This document shows positions 42,879 to 54,631 of a DNA stretch of 64,000 nt, piece after piece; within the stretch, counting starts at the first letter, position 1, and every line of letters begins with the position of its first letter. Source of the DNA: an uncultured Planctomycetaceae bacterium (lineage in GTDB: Bacteria > Planctomycetota > Planctomycetia > Planctomycetales > Planctomycetaceae); contig CAWFAK010000008.1 of assembly GCA_963813715.1 (NCBI GenBank), positions 602,585 through 666,584 of the forward strand. Reading direction: 5' to 3'. The notes under the pieces were generated by a model. The model had not been told where the DNA came from, searched no databases, and saw only the letters and a list, made by a program, of their open reading frames with translations. A program made the position numbers and the translations under genes.

Positions 42879-43622
42879 ATGAAAGCATGGACCAAAGCTT
42901 GCTGGGCCCCGTTGATCGCGGCGAGTTTCGTCGCGGCGGCCCAGGCCGACGACATGGCCGTTGTGCATATTTCGGATCGGCCGGCCCCCGTGCCCGATCC
43001 CGGACCGGCCGCGGCGCCCGCCGCCAACGGCGCGGTCGCCGGCGCCCCCTGTGACGGCGCCGCCTGCGGCACCGGCGCGTACGCCGGAGGTGGCTGTTTG
43101 TTCAACCCGACGCGCGGCTTTCAGCCTTACGCGGCCGCACCCGTCAATCGCGATGCGATCGTCTACTACCGGTATTGGCCGGATAAGTGGTACGGCCAGC
43201 CGGGCTTCAACCTGCATCCGATGTTCGCGCAGGTCTACATGCCCACCGATACGACGCAACTCGGCTTCTACTACGCCCGCGTGCCCCAGTGGATGCCGAA
43301 CCCCAACATGTATCCGCCGGCCCCGCGGCCCGAGGATTGGCACCGTCACGTGATCTATGCCGGCGGCGGTGGTGGCGGCGCCTGCAACACTGTGACCGCG
43401 GGAGTGGCCGTCGGCCCGGCCGCCGGACCGAGTGTTGGTGCGGGAGTCGAAGTCAACAGTCCGAGCCCGGCTCCCGCTCAGCCGTCGAACAACTGGCCGA
43501 CTGTGCCGGCCGCCCCGAGCTCGCCTCCCCCGGCCGCTCCGGCACCCCATCCGATGGCGCCCAGTGCGATGAACCAAGGCAGCCAAATCCAGCCTGCCTC
43601 TGCCGACGGCGAGCGCCACTAG
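42879..43622 (+). CDS. Secreted Pro/Tyr/Gly-rich hypothetical protein (cluster gene 4)
   Basis: AGGA RBS, signal peptide ending AQA; CDGAAC and YYRYWPDKWY motifs. Confidence 0.8.
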   Translation: MKAWTKACWAPLIAASFVAAAQADDMAVVHISDRPAPVPDPGPAAAPAANGAVAGAPCDGAACGTGAYAGGGCLFNPTRGFQPYAAAPVNRDAIVYYRYWPDKWYGQPGFNLHPMFAQVYMPTDTTQLGFYYARVPQWMPNPNMYPPAPRPEDWHRHVIYAGGGGGGACNTVTAGVAVGPAAGPSVGAGVEVNSPSPAPAQPSNNWPTVPAAPSSPPPAAPAPHPMAPSAMNQGSQIQPASADGERH

Positions 43623-43706
43623 GTCCTCGACGACATTCGCAACGGCATTTCCAGCAACTAAGCCTCCCCGAAGAACTGACTCGCGAGCAAGTGCTCGCTA
43701 CTTTCC

Positions 43707-43741
43707 AACGCAGCGGAGCATTTGGCTCCGCTGCGTTTTTT
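43707..43741 (+). terminator. Intrinsic terminator closing the four-gene cluster
   Basis: AACGCAGCGGAGC-ATTTG-GCTCCGCTGCGTT followed by a T-tract. Confidence 0.85.
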
Positions 43742-43928
43742 GTTGGACCACCTGCATGGGAGACGACCGCCCAACTGGGCGGGCCAATTCGATCTTTGAG
43801 CACAGCCAACCGCGCACTACGATATAAGCGGCGCGACCGGGGAAGCTCGCGAGCAGGAACGTCGGCCGCAACTGTCCCCGGAACCTCGCGGTTTGCCGTT
43901 TTTCAAGTTCGTGCGTGAGATGAAAGCA

Positions 43929-44546
43929 ATGCAGCAGTCGATTCGCGGCCTGTCACGGCGGATCCTGCCAATGTTGCTGCCGGCCGCCGTCCTGTTTTCC
44001 TGCATCGGTTGCGATCAGTGGACGAAGAGCCTGGCGACCGAACACCTCCGCCAGGCGCCCGCGATGTCGTTCCTGGGTGGCACCGTGCGGATCCAATACG
44101 CGGAAAACCCGGGCGCGTTTCTCGGTGCCGGCTCGCAGTTGGCCCCCAACGCACGGTTCGCGATCCTCGTCGTCGTGAATGCCGTGTTCCTGGTGCTGAT
44201 CGCTTCGCTGGTCTTCTTCAAGCGTCCGGCCGGCCGCGTGCAACATTTGGCGGTGGTGCTGCTCCTGGCGGGGGGCATCGGCAACTTGATCGACCGCCTG
44301 TTTCATGGCGGACTGGTCATCGACTTTCTCAACGTCGGCATCGGTCCCGTGCGAACGGGGATCTTCAACGTCGCCGACATGGCCATCATGGCGGGCTTCG
44401 GCATCTTGATCCTCTATCGCGGCCCGAGTGCCGACACCTCCGCGACCAGCGGCACCGGTGATCGTTTGCCAATGGGCGATCGTTCGCCAACGGACGATCG
44501 CAGCGAAACGGCCGCCGCGCCCACCTCGCCGCCGATCGGCGCCTAG
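43929..44546 (+). CDS. lspA: Lipoprotein signal peptidase II
   Basis: DQWTK, NPGAF, GGIGNLIDRL, VIDFL and FNVAD motifs. Confidence 0.93.
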   Translation: MQQSIRGLSRRILPMLLPAAVLFSCIGCDQWTKSLATEHLRQAPAMSFLGGTVRIQYAENPGAFLGAGSQLAPNARFAILVVVNAVFLVLIASLVFFKRPAGRVQHLAVVLLLAGGIGNLIDRLFHGGLVIDFLNVGIGPVRTGIFNVADMAIMAGFGILILYRGPSADTSATSGTGDRLPMGDRSPTDDRSETAAAPTSPPIGA

Positions 44547-44698
44547 CGTCGCTTTCGCATTTTGATGTCGGCCGCTTTGCACGGCCTGAACGTGCCGAAC
44601 TATCGCGCACCCGTGGCTTTTCCTAAGATCGAACCGACCGATCGAGCTGCGTGGCCGCCATTCGGATCATCGTCGTGCCGCTGGGAGTGCGCTGAAAC

Positions 44699-45151
44699 AT
44701 GCCGTCGCTGGAAGCCTCCGTTACGATTCGCTGCCCCGTCGAAAAAGCTTTCGACTTCCTCACGCAGACCGAGAACCTGTTTCAGATCATTCCGGACGAG
44801 TTGAAGCTCCGCGTGGTTAGTGCGCCACCGCAGTTGCAGCTGGGCTCTCGGCTCGAAGTGCAAATCCTGGCCTTCGGACCGCCGCAGAATGTCACTTACG
44901 AAGTGACCGACTTCACGCGGCCGCATCACTTCACCGAAACGCAGGTCAAAGGCGTGTTGCCGCAGTACGTGCACGAGCATCTCTTTTCAGTTCAGGACGG
45001 CGGCACTGTTCTGATTACCGACCGCATCGACTTTGAGCCGCCCGGCGGATTGCTCGGCTTCATGCTCACGGCCGACCGGCTGCGGACGACGCTCAACCAA
45101 GGTCTCGTCCATCGACACAGCTCGCTCAAGCGTATACTGGAAGGGACATGA
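44699..45151 (+). CDS. SRPBCC family protein
   Basis: PVEKAFDF..ENL..IP, FTETQVKG..Y.HEH.F and DRIDFEPP motifs. Confidence 0.8.
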   Translation: MPSLEASVTIRCPVEKAFDFLTQTENLFQIIPDELKLRVVSAPPQLQLGSRLEVQILAFGPPQNVTYEVTDFTRPHHFTETQVKGVLPQYVHEHLFSVQDGGTVLITDRIDFEPPGGLLGFMLTADRLRTTLNQGLVHRHSSLKRILEGT

Positions 45152-45390
45152 GCAGACCGGCTCAGAGCAACGCGCCCACGATCCTCGCCCTCTTGGCGCT
45201 GTTGGCGGTTGGCGCGGGACTGCTGGGCCTGACTGCGCTCGTGATGCCTCAAGCCTTCGGCTTTCTAGCGGTCATCGTCGGCTTCTTCGCGTTCGGGGCG
45301 ATCAACTACCTCATCTGGGGCTGGTGGCTGCAGCCGATCGCCATCGACGACGACTCCCACGCCGAAATCCCCATCTCCGACCGCGACTAA
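45148..45390 (+). CDS. Small two-TM membrane protein
   Basis: ATGA overlap with the upstream gene; two hydrophobic helices. Confidence 0.7.
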   Translation: MSRPAQSNAPTILALLALLAVGAGLLGLTALVMPQAFGFLAVIVGFFAFGAINYLIWGWWLQPIAIDDDSHAEIPISDRD

Positions 45391-45537
45391 CCAGGGGCGT
45401 GCCCCTGGACCCGGTGCGGCTGGAGCGGAATGTCGATCCCTTGCTGTTTGCCGCGGGTGGGCTGGTTAGGCCCTGAAGAGCATCAGGGGCGTCCGCGCAC
45501 GGACGTTCCGGCTGGGTCGGTACGAATCGCGGAGGGG

Positions 45538-45603
45538 AAAATAAAAAAACCTGCCGGTGGCCGGACAGCCACAGCGGGAACGCTGTCCGGTTCATCGGCA
45601 GGT
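45538..45603 (-). terminator. Long-stem hairpin with a T-tract on the minus strand, between convergent genes
   Basis: ACCTGCCGGTGGCCGGACAGC...GCTGTCCGGTTCATCGGCAGGT next to an A-tract on the + strand. Confidence 0.6.
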
Positions 45604-45724
45604 CGCAGCCAGCCGCGAGACTGGCTTTTCAGTGAACGGATTTGCGGTGGCGGTCAGCGAGACTCGTTTTCGGCAGGCTCGCCGGTCGGCTTCCTTTGTG
45701 ATATCGCCCTGGGCGGGTTCCGCA

Positions 45725-46392
45725 TCATTGTGGTCGACCGAAAAGGGCATCGCGCCGATGTGAAGAAAATCGTTGGGTTGCCAGCCGAAGCCCGATCTCC
45801 GTATCGGCCCCCTCCGGAAAACCCAGGCCGTCGGCTTCATTGACGATGGTTTTGAGTCGCAAGCTGATGATGTCGTCTTTGGCCTTCTTGCGTTTCTCGA
45901 TTTGATCGCGGAGCTTCTTGACCCGAGTTTCGACGTCGGAGATTTGCTTCTCGCGCCGCTGCATGTCGCGCTCGAAGGATTTGTCGAGGAGCTGCGAGAT
46001 TTGCTTCGTCAGGGCCGCTTTGTCGGTGTCATTCTTCGCCGACTTGAGCTTGCCGATTGCCTGGTGCAAGGCTTCGAGGTCCTTGATTTCCGCCTCGGAC
46101 TGGGCGTGAGTGTGGTGCCGTCCACGCAGGCCGAGCCCACCGCGGCCGCCACCAACTCCGAAACTGCTCCCGAATGCGGCGGGCGGTGCCGGGACATCCG
46201 GTGCGGCGGGCGGATCCGCCGGTTCGCCGAGTGGGTCCTGGTCGGCCGATGCTCCGGCGGGAGGTTGTGCGAGCGGGTGAGGGTCGTCGCCCGCTGGCGG
46301 CGGGCCCGGCAGTTGTCCCCAGACTTGCGAGAGGGTCAGCAGCGTGCCGGAGCCGAGCACGAAGGCGAACAAGGCGCGTCGAGCCGTTTGAT

Positions 46393-46396
<4 letters not shown>
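45725..46396 (-). CDS. Secreted coiled-coil hypothetical protein (3' end uncertain)
   Basis: GAAAGGAAG RBS; signal MNQTARRALFAFVLG; Pro-rich linker followed by a Lys/Glu-rich helical region. Confidence 0.7.
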
Positions 46397-47969
<1,573 letters not shown>

Positions 47970-47980
<11 letters not shown>

Positions 47981-48575
47981 GATCGTCCTCCATCTGCCGA
48001 ACTTCGTCGCGCAGTCGAGCCAGCACCCGTGCGCGAGCGATATAAACAGCGCCGGCCGACAGCCCCAGCGTCTCCGCCGCCTCCTCGACCGGGCACTGTT
48101 CGACGCTCGTCATCCAAAACGCCCGCCAGGTCGTCGGCTTAAACGTCTGCCGTACCCGCGCGGCGGCAAAGCGGAACAGCGTTTGTCGATGTTCGAGGGC
48201 CAGCTGCTCGGCCAACTGATCGGGAGCCGGCTGCTGCTGGAGCAGATCGATGAGACTGCTCGACCCGCTGCGGACCGGTTGCCGCCGCCGCTTCTTGGCG
48301 ATCAGGTCGAGAAATTGGTTGCGGGCGATCGTGAAGAGCCAGGTGCGAAAGCGGGCCCGCTCGGGGTCGGCCTGCCAGCGTCCCACTGCCTTAACCACTG
48401 CCAGCAGAACGTTTTGCACCAACTCGCGGGCGTCCGCTTCTTGGAAGCCGCTACGGCGGGCAAACCGATACACGAACGGCTCGTAAATCGCGACGAACTC
48501 GCGCCAGGCCTCGGCATCTTCCGTGCGAGGCAATCGCAAAATCAAGCTGGCACGAGTCTCGGGAACGCCCGGCAT
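47970..48575 (-). CDS. ECF sigma factor, kinase-associated planctomycete type
   Basis: TRASLILRL..AWREF..Y, FRTWLFTIARN, AVYIARARVLARLR; overlaps the kinase start. Confidence 0.92.
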
Positions 48576-48709
48576 AAAGCCTCCGTCTTCATCTATACAC
48601 GAACGACGAAGGCAAATCTTTCAGCGCTTTCGCAACGTTTCGCCAGCTGCCATCCGGGGCGGCCCCCGCTGGTGGGACGGATGTTCGCTCTCCGTGAGGG
48701 CGCAGCTGG

Positions 48710-49081
48710 CTAGTTTCTCCTCTTCTTCTTCTTCTTTCTCGGTGCGGGGAGTTTCTTCTCCGGGTATTTCCGGTCGAGGTGTTGCTCGAGGGCGTCCAGC
48801 CGCGCGTTCCAGAAGGCGCGAAACTCGTCGGCCCAGGCCCAAACTTCTTGGAGCTGATCCGGATGTAGCTGATAGACCCGGTTGCGGCCCTCACGGCGTT
48901 CAGCCACCAGGGCCGCCTCTTTCAAAATCTTGAGGTGCTGCGAGACGGCCGAAAACGAAACCCCGAACGGTTCGGCTAGCTCGCTGGCTCGTTTCTCTCC
49001 TGTTCGCAGCAGAATGAGAATCGTCCGCCGCGCCGGATGCGCGATGGCGTGAAACACGTCGTTTTGCTGCAGCGGTCGCAT
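48710..49081 (-). CDS. ArsR/SmtB family regulator
   Basis: FHAIAHPARRTIL, AVSQHLKIL and REGRNRVYQL motifs. Confidence 0.92.
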   Translation of the reverse strand: MRPLQQNDVFHAIAHPARRTILILLRTGEKRASELAEPFGVSFSAVSQHLKILKEAALVAERREGRNRVYQLHPDQLQEVWAWADEFRAFWNARLDALEQHLDRKYPEKKLPAPRKKKKKRRN

Positions 49082-49084
49082 GCG

Positions 49085-49615
49085 CTACTTCTGCCATTGA
49101 GGATAAAGGGCCATCAGCTCCTCGAACCGCGGCATCCATTGCGGCAACGGCTGCCCATCGAGCTGCGCCTCGAGACGATCGAGCAATACGTGCGTCCCCG
49201 GCGCGAAGCCGCGGGCTGTTTGCGCGGTGAGCCGTTGATAGGTGACGGTGAGCAATGTGTGGCTTCCCTGCGGAGCCAACTCGTAGCGAAAGATGGCATT
49301 CTCGCCCTTGGGCATGGGAGGGACCGGGGCGACATTCCATTCGTGTTCGTACACGCGAGGCGGATCCCACGTCAGAATCTTTCCCGTCGCGTGAAACTGG
49401 GCGGGACCTGAGACCATGTCGATGCTGCCGCCGGTTCGCCCGTCGATCGTGGCCCGCGAGCAGAAAAGCCATTCTTTCAAATCGGCGGGACTCGTGATCG
49501 CTTCCCAAACTCGCTCGGGGGAATGGCGGAGCAGCCGCTTGAAGACGATCGTCGCGTGATCGCCTTCGATGATCAGCTGTCCCTTCCGCGTTTCGTCAAC
49601 TGAGTTGATGCTCAT
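49085..49615 (-). CDS. SRPBCC/AHSA1 family protein
   Basis: ERVWEAITSP..L.EW and WDPPR motifs; typical ArsR partner. Confidence 0.85.
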   Translation of the reverse strand: MSINSVDETRKGQLIIEGDHATIVFKRLLRHSPERVWEAITSPADLKEWLFCSRATIDGRTGGSIDMVSGPAQFHATGKILTWDPPRVYEHEWNVAPVPPMPKGENAIFRYELAPQGSHTLLTVTYQRLTAQTARGFAPGTHVLLDRLEAQLDGQPLPQWMPRFEELMALYPQWQK

Positions 49616-49679
49616 CGTTTCTGGCTCCTTGCGGCTACAGGGTTTGATTGCTCAAGCGCTCTCTCGATCAGGCGCTTTA

Positions 49680-49708
49680 ATATTATTTAGTTATAACTAA
49701 AATGTCAA
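49680..49708 (-). promoter_or_regulatory. Sigma70 promoter TTGACA-N17-TAATAT with a perfect 16-bp palindrome in the spacer (probable ArsR operator)
   Basis: TTTAGTTATAACTAAA at 49686-49701. Confidence 0.75.
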
Positions 49709-49764
49709 GGGCATTTGTTTCTTCGTGACACTCGAATTGGTGCGGCGTCGCGTGCTCGAGCTTC

Positions 49765-52700
49765 CTAACGGTTCGCTTCGCCCGGCTTCCGTTGCTTGAG
49801 CAGATAGGCCAGCAAATCGTTTAATTCTTGCGGCGAGAGTTGCTCAGCGACGTTGGCAGGCATCGGGGAGAGTTTGGTCTGCGTCCGCTGCTCGATCTTG
49901 CTCTTGGCGATACGCTGCTCCGCGCCTTTGCTGTCGACAAGCACCAGGACCGGCCCCTCTTCGCGAACGACGATGCCGTTGGCCACCTGGCCGTCGTCGA
50001 GGGCCAGGATCGTCGCGCGAAAGGCGACGTCGACATTGCGATTGGGATCGAGCACGTCTTCCAATAGCCGTTCGACGCCGCGATTGCCCGCCCCGTCGAG
50101 CTGCGGGCCGACGCGATTGCCTTTGCCCGCAATTTGGTGACAGGCCGCGCAGCTCTTCTGAAAGACCGCCACGCCACGCTCGGCATTCGGGGACGCCTTG
50201 GCGAATTCGGCCGCCCGCGTGGCGATCAGCTGGTTGATCCGCTCGTCGAACTTCGGCAGGTTCTCCAAAAGTTTCGCCGCGCGATCTGCGAGCGCGGGCC
50301 CGGCCATCGCTTGCAGCCGCGCCCGCAGGGCCGGGTCGGCCAACAGTTGCGGTGAACAGTGCCCCTTTTCGACGGCCTCGATCAGGGCGGCGACTCCGTC
50401 GCGGCTGCGGGCCAGCGTGTCGACGACCGAAGTCGCCAGTTGCTGCGGTGCGACCTGCAACAAGGCGACCAGAAACGCCCGGCTGGCCGGATCGTTCGTC
50501 TGTCGCAAGGTCTCGACCACGCTGCAGCGGATTTTCAGCGGACTCTCGGCGTTTCGCACAGCCACTTCGATGGCCGGCAGCGCGGCCGCCGCATCGATCC
50601 GCACGAGCGCCTCGGCCGCCGCCGGCTGGAAGCGTTGCTGGCGCGTCGTGTTCAAAATCTTCACCAGCACCGGCACGGCCGACGTGAGCTGGGCTTCCTC
50701 GGCCAGGCTGATACCGGCGCGAAGGCTGCGGGCGTTGTGCCCCTCGAACAGGCTATGAGCGACCGCGTCGGCCCAGCTCTTGAGTTCGTCCGGAATGGCC
50801 GCGCCCCGTTCGCGGCTCGCGCGGAAGAGCGACTTGAGCAAGCCGGCTTCGAGGTCGCGATCCTTGCCGCGATACGCGAGCGCCATCCGATCGACCTCGG
50901 GCATCCGGGTAACTTCGACGGTGTTGGCGATGTAAGCCAGCGAATCGGCCAAACGCGGCGTCACGTGCAAATTGGCGGTCAAGAAGGCAAGCGCCAGCCC
51001 CGCGGCCGCGGGCGTGTGGATGCCCATGCAAACGTCGATCAGCCGCGTCTGCGTATCGGCCGCGGCCTGATAGTGTTGCCGCAATTCGTCCCACTGATGC
51101 CCCGACGCGCTCTGCACGGTATTGCGTAGCGCGATCCGCGTCACGTGGACGAGCATCGTGTCGGACGCATCGGTGGTCCGCCACAGCTCGATCAGTGGGT
51201 CGATGTTCCGCAGGTCCGGATGTAGTCCGAGCACTTCGGCCGCCGCCCGCCGCACAAACGGATCCTCATCGGTCAGTTGTGCGCTCGCCAGAAATCGCTC
51301 GTATTCGCCCCACCGCATTTCGCCAATGGCCTTGATCGCGTGAATTCGCACCAGCGGATCGGCATCGCGGACGGCGCGCCGTGTCAGTTTGCTGTCGAAT
51401 GCTCCCAGCCGCTGCAGCACCCAGATCGCGTGGACTCGGGCGGCGGGGCTGCGTGTGGTTTCCAGCGCATTGAGAATCACGGGGATCGCCGGCTGGCCGA
51501 TCCGATCGACCAACTCGTGCGTCGCAAAAGTGCGAGTGGGCAGATTCTCGCTGGAGAGCGAAGCCACCAGCGTCTCCACCGAAGCTCGCGAGAGGTCCAC
51601 CATCTTCGGCTGCGGCGTCCGGCCGTCCTTGCCGACGTACGAAATTCGCCAGATGCGGCCCCGAGTTTTGTCGCGGAGCGGATGCGTCAGCGGCACCTCG
51701 TAGTGGCCGATGATGCAGTTGTAGAAGTCGGCCACGTAGATCGAACCGTCCGTCGCCAACTGCAAGTCGACCGGCCGGAACCACAAGTCGTCGCAAGTCA
51801 TGAAGTCGGGCAGCTCGACGCCGAAATGGGTCGACCCGTGCGTCGTGATGCGATCGTGATTGATGATCCCCGTCACCGGGTTGCCGAGAAAGATCGTGTT
51901 GCGATACTCGGCCGGAAGCGGGCCGCCGGTGTAATAGACGATGCCGGCAATGCCCGTCGAACCGTGCTCGTGCGTCATGATCTCTGGCGCGAAGCCGAGT
52001 CCGTCGTGCGGCTTGCCGAAGCTCGAATAACAGCCGCCGCGCAAGACGAGCATGCCGGGCCGGCTGTGACAGTCGGCCGTAAACATGTCACCGCGAGGAT
52101 CGAAGGTCATGCCGAACGGATTGACCTGGCCGAACGAGAATTGATCGACGTGCGAGCCGTCGATCCGCACGCGAAACGTGTTGCCCGACGTCATCGTGAT
52201 CTGCGAACCGTCGGACGCTTTGACGGTCGAGGTGTTCGAGTAGCCGTGGCAGCAGTAAACCCAGCCGTCGAGCCAATAGTTGAGACCGTTGACCATCCCG
52301 TGCGTGTCGCGATGGCCGAAGCCGCTGTACGCGATCTCCCGCGTGTCGGCCACGCCGTCGCCGTTCTTGTCGAAGAAGCGATAGAGGTTCGGCACCGAGT
52401 AGCCAAAAACGCCGCCGGGAATCGGCGTCACGCCGATGGGGATCGACAGTCGGTCGGCAAAGACCGCAACCTTGTCGGGAATGCCGTCGCCGTTGGTGTC
52501 GACGATCCGCCGAATCGTATCGCGGCCGGGCGCTCCCTCCGGATGGGGGAACGGATATTCGTACGACTGCGTGACGTAGAGCCGCCCGGCCGAATCGAAC
52601 TTCATGTTGATCGGCTTGACGATGTCGGGCTCGCTGGCCACCAGCTCGATGCGAAAGCCCGGCGGCAGGTGAAACATCCGCTGTTCTTCCTTCGCCGTGT

Positions 52701-52839
52701 GCGGCGGCGTGCGAGCGATCAAGAGGTCGGCATCATCGCGGGCGACGGCAGGAGTCGACACCGTCGGCCATGCGAAAGTGAAGAGGGCAACCGTCACGCC
52801 GCAAAGAATTCGATTACGGCAAAACGAACGAATCAACAT
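49765..52839 (-). CDS. PVC-type heme-binding CxxCH protein (beta-propeller dehydrogenase-like domain, HEAT repeats, cytochrome c)
   Basis: LPPGFRIELVASEP, WFRPVDL, DFYN..IGHYE, RGRIWRI, CAACH, GPQL and SPMP motifs. Confidence 0.92.
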   Translation of the reverse strand: MLIRSFCRNRILCGVTVALFTFAWPTVSTPAVARDDADLLIARTPPHTAKEEQRMFHLPPGFRIELVASEPDIVKPINMKFDSAGRLYVTQSYEYPFPHPEGAPGRDTIRRIVDTNGDGIPDKVAVFADRLSIPIGVTPIPGGVFGYSVPNLYRFFDKNGDGVADTREIAYSGFGHRDTHGMVNGLNYWLDGWVYCCHGYSNTSTVKASDGSQITMTSGNTFRVRIDGSHVDQFSFGQVNPFGMTFDPRGDMFTADCHSRPGMLVLRGGCYSSFGKPHDGLGFAPEIMTHEHGSTGIAGIVYYTGGPLPAEYRNTIFLGNPVTGIINHDRITTHGSTHFGVELPDFMTCDDLWFRPVDLQLATDGSIYVADFYNCIIGHYEVPLTHPLRDKTRGRIWRISYVGKDGRTPQPKMVDLSRASVETLVASLSSENLPTRTFATHELVDRIGQPAIPVILNALETTRSPAARVHAIWVLQRLGAFDSKLTRRAVRDADPLVRIHAIKAIGEMRWGEYERFLASAQLTDEDPFVRRAAAEVLGLHPDLRNIDPLIELWRTTDASDTMLVHVTRIALRNTVQSASGHQWDELRQHYQAAADTQTRLIDVCMGIHTPAAAGLALAFLTANLHVTPRLADSLAYIANTVEVTRMPEVDRMALAYRGKDRDLEAGLLKSLFRASRERGAAIPDELKSWADAVAHSLFEGHNARSLRAGISLAEEAQLTSAVPVLVKILNTTRQQRFQPAAAEALVRIDAAAALPAIEVAVRNAESPLKIRCSVVETLRQTNDPASRAFLVALLQVAPQQLATSVVDTLARSRDGVAALIEAVEKGHCSPQLLADPALRARLQAMAGPALADRAAKLLENLPKFDERINQLIATRAAEFAKASPNAERGVAVFQKSCAACHQIAGKGNRVGPQLDGAGNRGVERLLEDVLDPNRNVDVAFRATILALDDGQVANGIVVREEGPVLVLVDSKGAEQRIAKSKIEQRTQTKLSPMPANVAEQLSPQELNDLLAYLLKQRKPGEANR

Positions 52840-53117
52840 GCTGGCGGAATCCTCGACAAGTACGACTGCCGTCCATCCCGGCCGCTCATCGGCCGGCGAC
52901 AGAAACAGCCCGAAAATGCCAGATTAGCGGGCACGCGGCGCACCGCCCAGTAATCCCTGATTGGAGTGCGTCTCTCTGGCCCATCATGCCGCGGTCGCTG
53001 GGGGGATTGCTCGAAGACTCGCGTGTGGCAATGATGTGATTGCCTCGGGCTGAATGATGCCGACAATTTGCCGGTTGCGAGATTTCTTCAACCGCTGAGC
53101 GACAGGAGCAGCTCGCC

Positions 53118-53690
53118 ATGGGTGCGGATCGTTGGGAACAGCTGGCACCGTGGAACCCGGACCCTTCCGTCGCGCTCTTGCAACTGCAAGCGAGGTTTCT
53201 CGCCGACAACGTTGATTTTGCGAGCGAAGTACGCGGGTCCCTCGTGAACGTCAAAGAGTCCGTGCGGTTCACGCGTGAAGAAGGCGATCCTTACAACCTG
53301 CTTCCCATCTACCAGAGCGACCTGGAGTACCTGGAAGAAATCTCTTCGCGCCCCCTCCCAACCGATCCACAAGAGAGGATTGCGGTCCTGCGGCGGATTT
53401 ATGCGTCAGGCGCTCAAGGGCTCGGCAACATCCTCGATATCGAGTCTGTCGAGGGTTTTGGCGTCGAATCCGATGACGACGGTTGGCCGTTGATCAGCCG
53501 GCCGCTCACGGAAAAGGAGATTCAGGCCGGACTCGGGTCGGCAACGCCAACGATCGAGGAGGCGAAAAAAGGCGGCTACAAACTCTCTCGCTCACTCTCA
53601 CTCGACCGGGGTGAGAGCATCTGTTTTCCGGTATACGATGAGAGCCGGCAACCCGTCGGCTGGTGGTTTATCGGCTACACCGTGGACTGA
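53118..53690 (+). CDS. Hypothetical protein
   Basis: AGGAG RBS; 190-aa acidic ORF. Confidence 0.7.
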   Translation: MGADRWEQLAPWNPDPSVALLQLQARFLADNVDFASEVRGSLVNVKESVRFTREEGDPYNLLPIYQSDLEYLEEISSRPLPTDPQERIAVLRRIYASGAQGLGNILDIESVEGFGVESDDDGWPLISRPLTEKEIQAGLGSATPTIEEAKKGGYKLSRSLSLDRGESICFPVYDESRQPVGWWFIGYTVD

Positions 53691-53711
53691 ATCTTCGTCA
53701 AGGCTGCCTCA

Positions 53712-54611
53712 ATGAAAAAACTCGCTCGGATATACTTTGCCGCGGTCACCTGCGTCGCCTTGATCCTCGGCTTTGGGACCGCAGCGCGCGCGGCTGACGA
53801 CGTTGCGTCCAAAGACGAGCAGGCCCGACTCGAAGGCGTCTGGAGCTTCGCGTCCGTGAAGGTCAACGGGCAGCCCCAACCCGTCGCGGGGCACGAAGCC
53901 GATCGCATGATCTTTCAGAAGGACGGCCGCTTTACCGTGGTGCAGCGGCCGGGGATCACCCACGGCACGTTCAAGGTCAATCCGGGCCACACGCCCAAGC
54001 AATACGACGTCCGGATCCAAACGGGTCGCCTGAAAGGCATTTCGGTGCCGGCGATCTACGAGTTGGCCGGTGACACGTTGACCATTTGTCTGCCCCTGGG
54101 AGGCAGCGAGCGGCCGACGGTGCTCGAGAGCAGCCCCAACGACGGCCATCTGTTCGAGGTCTTCAAGCGCGAGCACGAAACCGTCAAGGACGCCCTGATC
54201 GCCGCCGGCCACCGCGACCTGACCGGAACCTGGCAGGCCGAGTCGTACGCCCTCGACGGCAAGCCGGCCCCGGCCGACGACTTCAAGAAGATCCAGCTCG
54301 TCTTCGATGCCGAGGGTAACACCAAGGCTCTCAATGACGGCAAACTCTTCATCGCGAGTTCGACCAAGATCGATCCGACGGCCAACCCGGCGACGATCGA
54401 CATCATCTTCACCGGCGGCGAAGGCAAAGGCGGCACGGCGCTCGGTATCTACAAACTCGAAGGCAACCTGCTGACGATCTGCCGCGCAGCCCCCGGCAAA
54501 CCGCGGCCGACGGAGTTCAGCTCCAACCCCGGCAGCGACCTGACGCTGATGTCGTATCGCAAATCCGTCACCGGACCGAAGCACGTGCGGCCAATGCTCC
54601 GCACGAAATGA
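53712..54611 (+). CDS. Secreted protein with two TIGR03067-type domains
   Basis: Two copies of L.G.W...G....D.....P..ID...GIY.L.G..LTIC...RPT. Confidence 0.85.
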   Translation: MKKLARIYFAAVTCVALILGFGTAARAADDVASKDEQARLEGVWSFASVKVNGQPQPVAGHEADRMIFQKDGRFTVVQRPGITHGTFKVNPGHTPKQYDVRIQTGRLKGISVPAIYELAGDTLTICLPLGGSERPTVLESSPNDGHLFEVFKREHETVKDALIAAGHRDLTGTWQAESYALDGKPAPADDFKKIQLVFDAEGNTKALNDGKLFIASSTKIDPTANPATIDIIFTGGEGKGGTALGIYKLEGNLLTICRAAPGKPRPTEFSSNPGSDLTLMSYRKSVTGPKHVRPMLRTK

Positions 54612-54631
54612 CGGGTCACGCCAAGCGGACA

